This document shows positions 10,157 through 18,454 of a stretch of 64,000 nucleotides of DNA, in pieces. Source of the stretch: an uncultured Candidatus Saccharibacteria bacterium (lineage in GTDB: Bacteria > Patescibacteriota > Minisyncoccia > Phycocordibacterales > UBA12445). Where the stretch lies: contig CAZHDO010000002.1 in the NCBI GenBank assembly GCA_964531375.1, positions 21,469-85,468 of the forward strand, given 5' to 3'. Numbering within the stretch: position 1 is the first letter of the stretch; the number at the start of each line of letters is the position of its first letter. Position numbers and translations under genes: made by a program. Below the pieces are notes generated by a model, which was given only the letters and a program-made list of their open reading frames with translations, was not told the DNA's origin and did not search any database.

Positions 10157-10903
10157 GTGAAAAATAAAATAAAAATAATCTTTGAGGACGCTGATATTGT
10201 GGTTATTGATAAGCCAACAGGTATTTCTGTACACAAAGATGGCAAAAACGCCACAGAATACACAACAGCCGACTGGGTTTTAGAAAATTACCCTGAAATT
10301 AAAGGAATTGGCGAGAACATCGAGCTAGATGAGGATGGGGAAATAGACCGTCCAGGAATCGTACATCGACTAGACAAAGACACAAGTGGGATAATGGTAA
10401 TAGCCAAAACAGTTGGTAGCTATAATTTCCTTAAAAGGCAATTTTTACAAAAAAACATCAAAAAAGTATATAGAGCAATTGTTTTTGGAGAATTCAAAGA
10501 CAACAATGGTATGATAGATAAGCCGATTGGAAGAAGCTCTGGAGATTTCCGAGCTAAAGCAGTCGGCAGTAATGCAAGAGGAGAAATGCGAGAGGCGCTT
10601 ACTTATTACAAGGTTATTGAAAGATTTCCAGGATATTCACTGTTAGAACTTCGACCTAAAACAGGCAGAACTCATCAATTAAGAGTTCACCTCAAGTCAA
10701 TAAGCAAACCGATTGTCTGCGACCCAATTTACGCAAAAGGGAAGGAATGTCCAGAATGGATGAGACGTCTCGCCCTACACGCCGTTTCAATTGAAATACC
10801 CCTACAGGGAGAAGATACTACTGGCAGCCGTACATTTACATCCGAATTACCAAAAGATTTCCAAAATGCAATTTCCACACTAGAAAAAACAAAAAAGGCT
10901 TAA
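10157..10903 (+). CDS. RluA-family pseudouridine synthase.
   Basis: Catalytic motif HRLDKDTSGIMVIAKT. The N-terminus ADIVVIDKPTGISVH is typical of RluA/RluD. Confidence 0.8.
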   Translation: MKNKIKIIFEDADIVVIDKPTGISVHKDGKNATEYTTADWVLENYPEIKGIGENIELDEDGEIDRPGIVHRLDKDTSGIMVIAKTVGSYNFLKRQFLQKNIKKVYRAIVFGEFKDNNGMIDKPIGRSSGDFRAKAVGSNARGEMREALTYYKVIERFPGYSLLELRPKTGRTHQLRVHLKSISKPIVCDPIYAKGKECPEWMRRLALHAVSIEIPLQGEDTTGSRTFTSELPKDFQNAISTLEKTKKA

Positions 10904-10995
10904 ATTTAAAAGAAAAGACTGTTTTTTGCCATTTTAAAGAATAAAACCAGGCCACTCTTGATAAAATAAAAGCTTTATGATAGATTTCAGTAACT

Positions 10996-11400
10996 ATGAA
11001 TTTAGGAAATATTAAAATTTCACCTATAGATATCGAGGAGAGGAAGAAATTCAACGGCAGAGCCGGCGATACTGTTAGAGTTTCTGTTAAAATTAAAGAA
11101 GGAGATAAGGTAAGAACCCAGGATTTTGAGGGTATTATCCTTGCCAGAAAGCACGGAACAGAGCCAGGAGCCACATTTTCAGTAAGAAAGGTAGCTAGTG
11201 GAGTCGGAGTCGAGAGAATCTTCCCATTATACTCCCCAAGTATCGAAAAAATCGAAATCAAAAAGAGAGGAGGGGTTAGAAGATCAAAACTTTATTACAT
11301 CAGAGACAAAGCTTCTAAAGAAATAAGAAGAAAAATGAGAAGCGAAGTTGTTCACGAAGAAGCCCCATCAAAGAAAGAAACAGCAGCAGTAACAGAATAA
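10996..11400 (+). CDS. rplS: 50S ribosomal protein L19.
   Basis: [31 protein letters not shown]...[21 protein letters not shown] matches L19 throughout. It carries a basic C-terminal extension. Confidence 0.85.
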   Translation: MNLGNIKISPIDIEERKKFNGRAGDTVRVSVKIKEGDKVRTQDFEGIILARKHGTEPGATFSVRKVASGVGVERIFPLYSPSIEKIEIKKRGGVRRSKLYYIRDKASKEIRRKMRSEVVHEEAPSKKETAAVTE

Positions 11401-11432
11401 TTTTTAAAAAGACGGCGCAAGTCGTCTTTTTT
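11401..11432 (+). terminator. Rho-independent terminator.
   Basis: Stem aagacg/cgtctt with loop gcgcaagt, followed by a T6 run. A degenerate copy of this element recurs at 12643-12677. Confidence 0.7.
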
Positions 11433-11466
11433 GCTACCGATTCTGAAAAGGGCTATAATTACAACG

Positions 11467-12642
11467 ATGGACCCAAATAAACCACAAATAAAAAAAATTA
11501 TAAACACATCGAACATAGATAAGTTTTCCTTAACACCTACAAATAGGCCAGTACCTGTTTTTGAAAAAGAAAAAACTTTAGCAGAAAAATTTATGGATCT
11601 CCGAGGCTTTACTGGTAAAAACTTAAACGACATAAATTTTAGTAATTTTTCCACAGAAGATCTAGAAACTTGCAGTTTTGACACACAAACTGTTTGGCCA
11701 AATAAATTACCTGACAGTATCAAACCTAAAGATATTATAGAAAAAGGAAAAAATCCCGGACTTGGAATAAGAGAATTGCACGAGAGGGGTATTACTGGAA
11801 AGGGTGTAAATGTTGCCATCATTGACCAAAAACTTCTCACAGACCATGAGGAGTATAAAGACAATTTGGTATTTTACGAAGAAAATAAGAGTATGGAAAA
11901 CATAAGGCCAGAATTTCATGGAGTTGCAATGTCTAGTCTTCTTATTGGGAAAAATTGTGGTGTTGCGCCTGGTTCAAAACTTCATTATTTTGCAGCCGAA
12001 AACAGGCAAGGTGTAGGAAATTATTTAGAAAATTCCAGATTAGCTTTAGAAAAAATCATTAGCAAAAATGAAACCCTTCCAAAAAGAGAGAAGGTTAGGC
12101 TCGTAAGCATTTCAACTGCGTTACTTCAGAGACAAGATAAAGGTCAAAATTTGGAAGAAGAAAAGATTATGAAAGAGAGTATTATGAGGGCAGAAAATGC
12201 AGGAATAAATGTCATTTTTATGGGACATATAAAGGAAACGGACGGAGATTTTTATTTTGGCAAAGTAGGCAATAACACAGAGGACAAAAACGATACCGAT
12301 TGCTATGAAATCGACCTGTATTCAAAAGAAACAGGAGAAGAACCGACGACTGAACAAAAAGAACGAAACGTGTACATACCAACAGAATACAGAACAAAAG
12401 CATCTTTTACAGGAAAAAATGAGTATTGTTATAGCGGAAAGGGTGGAGGAAGTAGTGCTGCACCATACTTAGTTGGGGTTATGGCCCTAGCACTTCAGAT
12501 TAATCCCGATTTAAAGAAGAAAGAGATTCTTGAGAAAATTAAATTGACTAGTGTGACCAACAAAGCAGGCCTTAGGATAATTAATCCAAAAGGGTTAATT
12601 GAACTTCTTGAAGCAGAGAAAGGACAAAAGCAAACCAAGTAA
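11467..12642 (+). CDS. Subtilisin-like serine peptidase (S8 family), apparently cytoplasmic.
   Basis: Catalytic triad contexts VAIIDQ (Asp), HGVAMSS (His) and GGSSAAPY (Ser). No signal peptide. The ORF opens at 11431 inside the rplS terminator, so I place the start at the ATG of MDPNKPQ, which follows a TATAAT box. Confidence 0.7.
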   Translation: MDPNKPQIKKIINTSNIDKFSLTPTNRPVPVFEKEKTLAEKFMDLRGFTGKNLNDINFSNFSTEDLETCSFDTQTVWPNKLPDSIKPKDIIEKGKNPGLGIRELHERGITGKGVNVAIIDQKLLTDHEEYKDNLVFYEENKSMENIRPEFHGVAMSSLLIGKNCGVAPGSKLHYFAAENRQGVGNYLENSRLALEKIISKNETLPKREKVRLVSISTALLQRQDKGQNLEEEKIMKESIMRAENAGINVIFMGHIKETDGDFYFGKVGNNTEDKNDTDCYEIDLYSKETGEEPTTEQKERNVYIPTEYRTKASFTGKNEYCYSGKGGGSSAAPYLVGVMALALQINPDLKKKEILEKIKLTSVTNKAGLRIINPKGLIELLEAEKGQKQTK

Positions 12643-12787
12643 TTTTTAAAAAAGACGGCGCAAATCATCTTTTTAATTATCCAGATTGGTATTCGCTACA
12701 ACCCTGAGGTACAATATACAAATAAGACCGCTGGGAAGAGTAGAAATCAAACGGTCTATAGAAGTTATTAGCCTGTCTAGAAAACGC

Positions 12788-12816
12788 TTGAAAAATGAAA
12801 GGATATTGAGTATTAT
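12788..12816 (+). promoter_or_regulatory. Sigma70-like promoter for tRNA-Leu.
   Basis: TTGAAA, a 17-nt spacer, then TATTAT. The tRNA 5' end lies about 20 nt downstream. Confidence 0.5.
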
Positions 12817-12836
12817 GGGGCATAAGTCGTAAATAT

Positions 12837-12920
12837 GCGCGGGTGGCGAAACTGGTAGACGCACTACCTTGAGGTGGTAGCGCCCTTACGGGTATGGAAG
12901 TTCAAATCTTCTCCCGCGCA
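12837..12920 (+). tRNA. tRNA-Leu (anticodon GAG).
   Basis: Cloverleaf folds by eye: acceptor gcgcggg/cccgcgc, anticodon loop uuGAGgu, long variable arm, T-loop gttcaaatc, discriminator A. CCA is not encoded. Confidence 0.85.
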
Positions 12921-13174
12921 CAAAATAACCATCCAGAAGCGAAAGCTTTTGGTGGTTTTATTTTATAGACGCCGGGAAGATTTGAAAGACGGAAGTGGGC
13001 CCCTTTCTGCAAAAAAGGGAGCTGAGTCGCGATAGCAAACGGCGAAGAACCTTCTTGAGAATTTTTCAGAGCAAGGTGAATGAAAAAGTCAAAGGTGTAC
13101 TGAACCTGTAAGGTTTGAGAGTACTTAGTGCTCGCAAATTGCGAAGCAATTGAGAACACTTAGTAACTCGTGAC

Positions 13175-13195
13175 CAAATCTTCTCCCGCGCACAA
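13175..13195 (+). repeat. 21-bp exact copy of the tRNA-Leu 3' end (att-like direct repeat).
   Basis: caaatcttctcccgcgcacaa is identical to 12903-12923. Confidence 0.8.
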
Positions 13196-13270
13196 CATAA
13201 AAACACATCAACTGATATTTTGATGTGTTTTTGCATTTTAACAAACATTTTACCGTGCTATTATAGAAAT

Positions 13271-13819
13271 ATGCTTTATACAGGAAATGGGGACAATGGT
13301 TACTCAAAACTATTTGGATGCGAACAAGAGATTGGAAAGGATTCTGAAATTTTTGAAATTTTGGGGATTTTTGACGAATTAAATTCTTTTTTGGGTATAT
13401 GCAAGGTAAAAGCTAATAACCATAAAATTAGCAAAGAACAAACATTTAGCGAAATATTAGAAGAAATACAGCAAAATCTTTTTATTATTCAAGCCAACTT
13501 AGCTGGTGCAAATAAAGTATTTGGTTTAGAAAAAACCATTAAAACAGAAGAGATAATAAATGAAATAGAAAAAGAACTACCAAAAATAAGGAGTTTTTGT
13601 GTTTCGGGAGGAAATGAGCTTTCAACCTACCTAGATTTCGCAAGGACAATCGCCAGAAAAGCTGAAAGGGGATTTGTAAAAATACAAACAATCAAAGCCG
13701 TATTTAATAATGAAAATATTGCCCCATTTTTAAACCGACTTTCCAGCCTCTTGTATGCTTTGTCAAGATTTGCTAATCTCAAGTCTGGGTTTAAAGAGAT
13801 AAACCCAACATATAAATAG
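13271..13819 (+). CDS. ATP:cob(I)alamin adenosyltransferase, PduO/MMAB type.
   Basis: N-terminus MLYTGNGDNGYSKLFGCE...DELNSFLG matches the Cob_adeno_trans signature (YTKTGDxGxTSL...DELN). The ORF opens at 13220, with the conserved start at 13271. Confidence 0.7.
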   Translation: MLYTGNGDNGYSKLFGCEQEIGKDSEIFEILGIFDELNSFLGICKVKANNHKISKEQTFSEILEEIQQNLFIIQANLAGANKVFGLEKTIKTEEIINEIEKELPKIRSFCVSGGNELSTYLDFARTIARKAERGFVKIQTIKAVFNNENIAPFLNRLSSLLYALSRFANLKSGFKEINPTYK

Positions 13820-13821
13820 AT

Positions 13822-13893
13822 GGTGGCCATGGTGTAGTGGTAACACAACAGTCTGTGGATCTGTTATCGCCGGTTCGAATCCGGCTGGTCACC
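13822..13893 (+). tRNA. tRNA-His (anticodon GTG).
   Basis: An extra 5' G(-1) pairs with discriminator C73, which is the hallmark of tRNA-His. Anticodon loop cuGUGga, T-loop ttcgaat. The anticodon stem has one U-U mismatch. Confidence 0.75.
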
Positions 13894-14112
13894 CAAATAA
13901 AAAATCCTTATATGCGGACTTTTTGATTAGGTGGCCAAAAAAGCAAACTTCTTTGCTTTCGCGCCGAGTTCGAAGCCGTTCTCCCATAAGATTTATATAA
14001 CAAAATTGTGTTAAATCTACGACACACTGGTCACTCCAACGGGAATTGAACAAAACAATTAGACAATGAATCTAAAATGATAAATAATCATACTTAATAT
14101 ATAATTTGGTTT

Positions 14113-14733
14113 ATGCTTAAAATAAATAACTTACCCACACCAAAACTGTCTCAAGAGGAAATAATTCATAAAAAAATATCTGTAATCGAAAAAATTCCCA
14201 CCGGGGTTGGTCCAAGGGCTAATGCCATTTTAGTTTTACTTGGCGAAAAACCTGCCGTTGAAATGTATATCCCAGACAAAGAACACGCAGAAAAAGCTGT
14301 TAAAGACTTAAAAGATATTGGACTTTTTGCTGAAATCAGTAAAAAGCCAAGAGTGGGGTTTGACCCGGAAAGCGCAGATGTGCTTATCGCGCGCACTCAA
14401 GAAATTTTGGATGAGTTAAAACAGATTCATCCAAATAAACACCACAGAAGATATGGTGAGTTAATGGGGTATCCACAAACAGCAATCGATGCTTTTCTCG
14501 GAGAGAATGGTGCCGAGATATTACCTGCGGAGGAGCAGGATAAAATGCTAGGTGACATTCCGACTATCTTTAATGGGACTTTTGTTTTTTCCAAAGACCA
14601 CAAAGATGAAGAGTTGGCAGTGGTAAAACACAGAACCAAGCTAATAGCACAAAAAGCCCCAGAACTTTTTTACGACTCGTTCGGAAAAGAGGGTGCTGAT
14701 AAACTTTTAAGTTATATTTTGAATTATTATTAA
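14113..14733 (+). CDS. Hypothetical protein.
   Basis: 206-aa ORF. I recognise no family. Confidence 0.45.
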   Translation: MLKINNLPTPKLSQEEIIHKKISVIEKIPTGVGPRANAILVLLGEKPAVEMYIPDKEHAEKAVKDLKDIGLFAEISKKPRVGFDPESADVLIARTQEILDELKQIHPNKHHRRYGELMGYPQTAIDAFLGENGAEILPAEEQDKMLGDIPTIFNGTFVFSKDHKDEELAVVKHRTKLIAQKAPELFYDSFGKEGADKLLSYILNYY

Positions 14734-14735
14734 AT

Positions 14736-15260
14736 TTGTTTATGAAAATTTTAGGAATAATCAGAGAAACTGATATTTTTCCGGGCCAGCCTCCTACTCC
14801 GGAAGAACAATTGGGAAAATTAAGACAAACAGTAAGAATTGTTTTGTTTGATAAATATGGGAAAATTGCTATGGGTTGTTATCCTCCGTCACCTCACAAT
14901 GAAATGAAAGGTTCCCATGGCTTGCCAGGCGGAGGGGTAGAGGAGGGGGAATCTATAATAAAGGCTCTTTTTCGAGAAAGTTCTGAAGAAACTGGCTGTC
15001 TTGTAAAAAATGTTAGAGAGTTGGGAATAATTAAGGAATTTGGCGTTGGGAAAAAAATAAAACATAATCAAGATACGCATTGTTTTATGGCTGAAGTTGA
15101 TGGAGAGAAGGGTATTCCGAAATTTACGGAAAGAGAAACTGAAGACGGTCTTGAAATACGCTGGGTAACGATTGAAGATGCTTTGAAATTTATAAATGAT
15201 AAAAATTTGTGTGTTGAAAAAATTAGGGAGTTGATTTGTTTAAAAGAGGTAGAAAATTAA
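14736..15260 (+). CDS. NUDIX hydrolase.
   Basis: Nudix box GGGVEEGESIIKALFRESSEETG (Gx5Ex7REUxEExGU). Confidence 0.8.
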   Translation: MFMKILGIIRETDIFPGQPPTPEEQLGKLRQTVRIVLFDKYGKIAMGCYPPSPHNEMKGSHGLPGGGVEEGESIIKALFRESSEETGCLVKNVRELGIIKEFGVGKKIKHNQDTHCFMAEVDGEKGIPKFTERETEDGLEIRWVTIEDALKFINDKNLCVEKIRELICLKEVEN

Positions 15261-15265
15261 AAAAA

Positions 15266-15826
15266 ATGACAAATAAAAGAATTACACTCAAGCCACTTTC
15301 AGTAGACGATGCGAGGCTAATTTATGACAATAGAGAATATATAGTCTCTTATTACAATGGTGGCATAAGTAAAAAAGAATTCGATAATTGGAATTACGAA
15401 AACGAACTAGAATCTATTAAAAATGATATTGAGGAAATAAAAGCGGGAAAGATGGCTAGTTTTACAATATTTAATGAAAACAAAGAATATATTGGTAAGT
15501 GTATGTTAAACAAAATTAAAAAAAGAAACGAAAACGCGAGTATTTCAGTTTCCATAAAAGAGCGCTTCTGGGGAAAGGGTTATGCGACAGAAGTCGTTCA
15601 GGCACTAATGAAATTAGCCTTTGAAGAATACAAGCTACACAGACTTGAATATACTTATTACTCAATAAACGAAAGATCAAAAAAACTTGCAGAAAAGCTT
15701 GGTTTTAAATTTGAAGGCATAAAGAGAGAATCAAAGAAAATTGGCGATAATTTTACGATATCATATTTCACAGTATGCTGGCCCAAGAATACCAACAAAA
15801 TAGTATTGACAAATAGGGTTATTTAA
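15266..15826 (+). CDS. GNAT family N-acetyltransferase (RimJ/RimL-like).
   Basis: Acetyl-CoA binding region RFWGKGYATEVVQALMKLAFEE. The ORF opens at 15236; MTNKRITLKPL is the likely start. Confidence 0.7.
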   Translation: MTNKRITLKPLSVDDARLIYDNREYIVSYYNGGISKKEFDNWNYENELESIKNDIEEIKAGKMASFTIFNENKEYIGKCMLNKIKKRNENASISVSIKERFWGKGYATEVVQALMKLAFEEYKLHRLEYTYYSINERSKKLAEKLGFKFEGIKRESKKIGDNFTISYFTVCWPKNTNKIVLTNRVI

Positions 15827-15875
15827 GTCAAAGTGGCAGACAAATAGTAAATTTACAAACAAAGGAGATTTACTT

Positions 15876-16202
15876 ATGAAAGGTGTTATCAAGGCGATGG
15901 TTAATGGTCAATGTGAGCTTTTTGTTCAACCAGACAATGGAGGAGATCCAGTAATCGTCCGTTGGGACGTTACAATAGAGGAGGAAGATGATTCTGAGGT
16001 GGATTTTATTTTTGACTCCGAAACGACCGACCCAGAAATAAAGAAAAACATCCTTTTTCCTCCCGACGATTGCGTTATTTGCTTTAAGGAAGACCGCATT
16101 CGTTACGAAAAAACGAACACTGGCGAGTATGCCCTAACCAGACTTCTCGTAAAAGAAGGCGACCCGCGCTCCGGTCTCGACAAGGTTGAAACAGAACCCT
16201 GA
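15876..16202 (+). CDS. Hypothetical small acidic protein.
   Basis: Strong RBS AAAGGAG 8 nt upstream. An intrinsic terminator follows directly. Confidence 0.5.
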   Translation: MKGVIKAMVNGQCELFVQPDNGGDPVIVRWDVTIEEEDDSEVDFIFDSETTDPEIKKNILFPPDDCVICFKEDRIRYEKTNTGEYALTRLLVKEGDPRSGLDKVETEP

Positions 16203-16224
16203 CCTTCTTAACAGAGGACACACG

Positions 16225-16252
16225 CACCCCGCTTACTGGGGTGCTTTTTTAT
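16225..16252 (+). terminator. Rho-independent terminator.
   Basis: Stem cacccc/ggggtg with loop gcttact, followed by a T6 run. Confidence 0.7.
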
Positions 16253-16323
16253 TTTCCAAGTGTTCTAAAAATAAACAAAACGACTACCCAAAAAGTATCA
16301 GCTAAGTATGGTATAATTTTCCA

Positions 16324-17136
16324 ATGAAACTCGAAACAATCAATGTCGACTACCATTTTCACCCCAACCTTCCCAAGAACGATAAAAAAGCAATTAAAAA
16401 GATCAAAAAAATCTATGATAAATTTCAAAGAGCCAATATCAATGCAGTAATTGTAACAGAACATATATACAAAGATTACGTGCGTTCTTGGAATTTAATG
16501 AAAGAGCATAAACCAGAAAATTTCTTTATATTTCCTGGAATAGAATATGTCACCAGTGAGAACCTCGATATTATTATATTTTCAAAAGACGAAGAGATAT
16601 TTAATCTAAACCTCAAGCCCTTTAAAATTAGTTATGAAGAAACCGTAAAACTCATTAAAAATAACGATAAACTATTTGGCTTTATTACACACCCACTCAC
16701 ACTTGGCTGGACGAGTATAATTAATAAAAAAGGTCTACCTTTCGAAAAAAAGATGGCCAACGAGTTAAAATCCATAGAAAAAAAATATATTGTGTATTCG
16801 AAATTAAAAAAATTCTTAAATATTCCAATATTAAAAAACATTTTCCACAATACCTTATTAAAAATCAAAAGAGGAGAGAATCTTCCTTCGGCGTATTATC
16901 CCACAGATGTAAGATTTTTTGCAACAGGCTCTGATGCCCACAATACATGGGAAATTGGCAATTATGCAGAAGTAAAAATACAAAAAGGAGATATTTTTTA
17001 TTCTATTATTAATAATGAATATCTGAAAACACATTACAAACCCGACAGAACTAACATAATTCAAGACATTAAAAGCCTATCTACTGTATTTTTCGAGTGG
17101 TGCGCAAAGAGATACTACCTTTTTACTAACAAATAA
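16324..17136 (+). CDS. PHP-domain metal-dependent phosphoesterase.
   Basis: N-terminal DYHFHPN and C-terminal GSDAHN motifs are characteristic of the PHP superfamily. Confidence 0.6.
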   Translation: MKLETINVDYHFHPNLPKNDKKAIKKIKKIYDKFQRANINAVIVTEHIYKDYVRSWNLMKEHKPENFFIFPGIEYVTSENLDIIIFSKDEEIFNLNLKPFKISYEETVKLIKNNDKLFGFITHPLTLGWTSIINKKGLPFEKKMANELKSIEKKYIVYSKLKKFLNIPILKNIFHNTLLKIKRGENLPSAYYPTDVRFFATGSDAHNTWEIGNYAEVKIQKGDIFYSIINNEYLKTHYKPDRTNIIQDIKSLSTVFFEWCAKRYYLFTNK

Positions 17137-17851
17137 AAGAGTTTATTTTTTCTGCCAGTAATGAAGTGAATAATAAAGGAGGGGCACTGTGACCACCGTC
17201 TAATACAATTAACTGCTTTTCAGTCGCAGGAACGGCGTCTATAAAACCATCTATCGTCTTACGACTCACACGTTCGTCTCTGTGACCATAAAAAACAAGA
17301 AGTGGGTGGTTTATTCCCTTTGCAACTTTCAAGTGGTCAAAATTACTCACAATATCATCAATAACTGATGTTTTAACCTTGAAATATAGCGGTTTTATCG
17401 GAGAATAAACCGGCATAAAAAAGTACATATATTCTTTTTTCATTAAGTCAGACAAAGAAACATCTCCAAAATATGAAGATAGAGTTTCTTTAATTTCCAA
17501 TACAGGGGAAGACAGAGCAATACCATCAACAAACCGCTTATCCACCGATAAAGAAACAACCCCTCCAAAAGACTGGCTAAATAATATTATTTTCTTATTT
17601 GGGTATTTATTTTTGATTATATAAAGAATGGATTCTAGTTCTTTTTTCCCTTTAGACAGAGACATTTCTTGAAAATTCTTTTTAGCGAACCATCTAAATG
17701 AAAAATCCAAAGTCACTACGTGTAATCCAAGGTTGATTAACTTACGCCTAAGAATAAAATACTGAAAAGAGCCGCCCTTAAAAGAGGGAACACACACAAC
17801 TATCTTATTACAGCTAGCTGGATAATCGTTTATCCTAAAATCTTCATTCAT
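17126..17851 (-). CDS. Alpha/beta-hydrolase fold protein.
   Basis: Nucleophile elbow SQSFGG (GxSxG). A His/Asp region DGGH near the C-terminus. Confidence 0.6.
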   Translation of the reverse strand: MNEDFRINDYPASCNKIVVCVPSFKGGSFQYFILRRKLINLGLHVVTLDFSFRWFAKKNFQEMSLSKGKKELESILYIIKNKYPNKKIILFSQSFGGVVSLSVDKRFVDGIALSSPVLEIKETLSSYFGDVSLSDLMKKEYMYFFMPVYSPIKPLYFKVKTSVIDDIVSNFDHLKVAKGINHPLLVFYGHRDERVSRKTIDGFIDAVPATEKQLIVLDGGHSAPPLLFTSLLAEKINSFIC

Positions 17852-17994
17852 ATCTTAAAGAAAAAGGTTTAAATATTTTCATAAAACAAAACATGGTAAT
17901 ACAAAACTTATTTCATGAAAATAATTTTACCATTTTATCTTTCTTGACCAAAGTTATATAATACAAAAATTAATAGTATTAACCAAACAACAAT

Positions 17995-18330
17995 ATGTCA
18001 GAATTAGATGATGCAAGGCAGCGAGAGTTAGATGCTGAAAAAAAGCTTGAGGAAGCAAGAGAAGAAGCAAAAAGACCTGAACAAGAAGAAAAACAAAAAG
18101 CAGAAGAGGCGAGGATAAAAACAGAAAGACTTGCACAAGAAGCAGAGCAAGTGCGTATCGCAAAAGAAGCAGAAGACGCCCGCATTGCTGCAGAAAAAGC
18201 GACTGAAACCGCAAGGCTAGCGACAGAGCAGGCAGAAACACGCATAGCAAAAGAAGCAGAAGAGGCACGTGTAACAGCTGAAGAAGCAGAAAGGGCTCGT
18301 CTTGCGGCAGAACAAGCTGCTTCGGCGTAA
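17995..18330 (+). CDS. Ala/Glu/Arg/Lys-rich helical-repeat protein.
   Basis: 111 aa with degenerate AKEAE(E/D)AR(I/V) repeats. It lies in a GC-rich island (~50% GC versus ~33% in the flanks). TTGACC / TATATAAT promoter-like boxes upstream and a weak terminator downstream support the plus strand. The minus-strand ORFs over the same repeats look like shadows. Confidence 0.4.
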   Translation: MSELDDARQRELDAEKKLEEAREEAKRPEQEEKQKAEEARIKTERLAQEAEQVRIAKEAEDARIAAEKATETARLATEQAETRIAKEAEEARVTAEEAERARLAAEQAASA

Positions 18331-18454
18331 TAAACGCTGAAAAACAAAAATAAAACCTTCACATTAATTTGTGGGGTTTTTATTTTGATAAAGATTCCGT
18401 TCTATAATTAACTGAAATTCGACCCACTATTTTCTCTATGTTATATTATCTAAC

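Noticed and set aside
11431-11466. ORF-track start of the S8 peptidase at 11431.
   Set aside because: It lies inside the rplS terminator hairpin. The conserved ORF plausibly starts at the ATG of MDPNKPQ (11467), which follows a TATAAT box.
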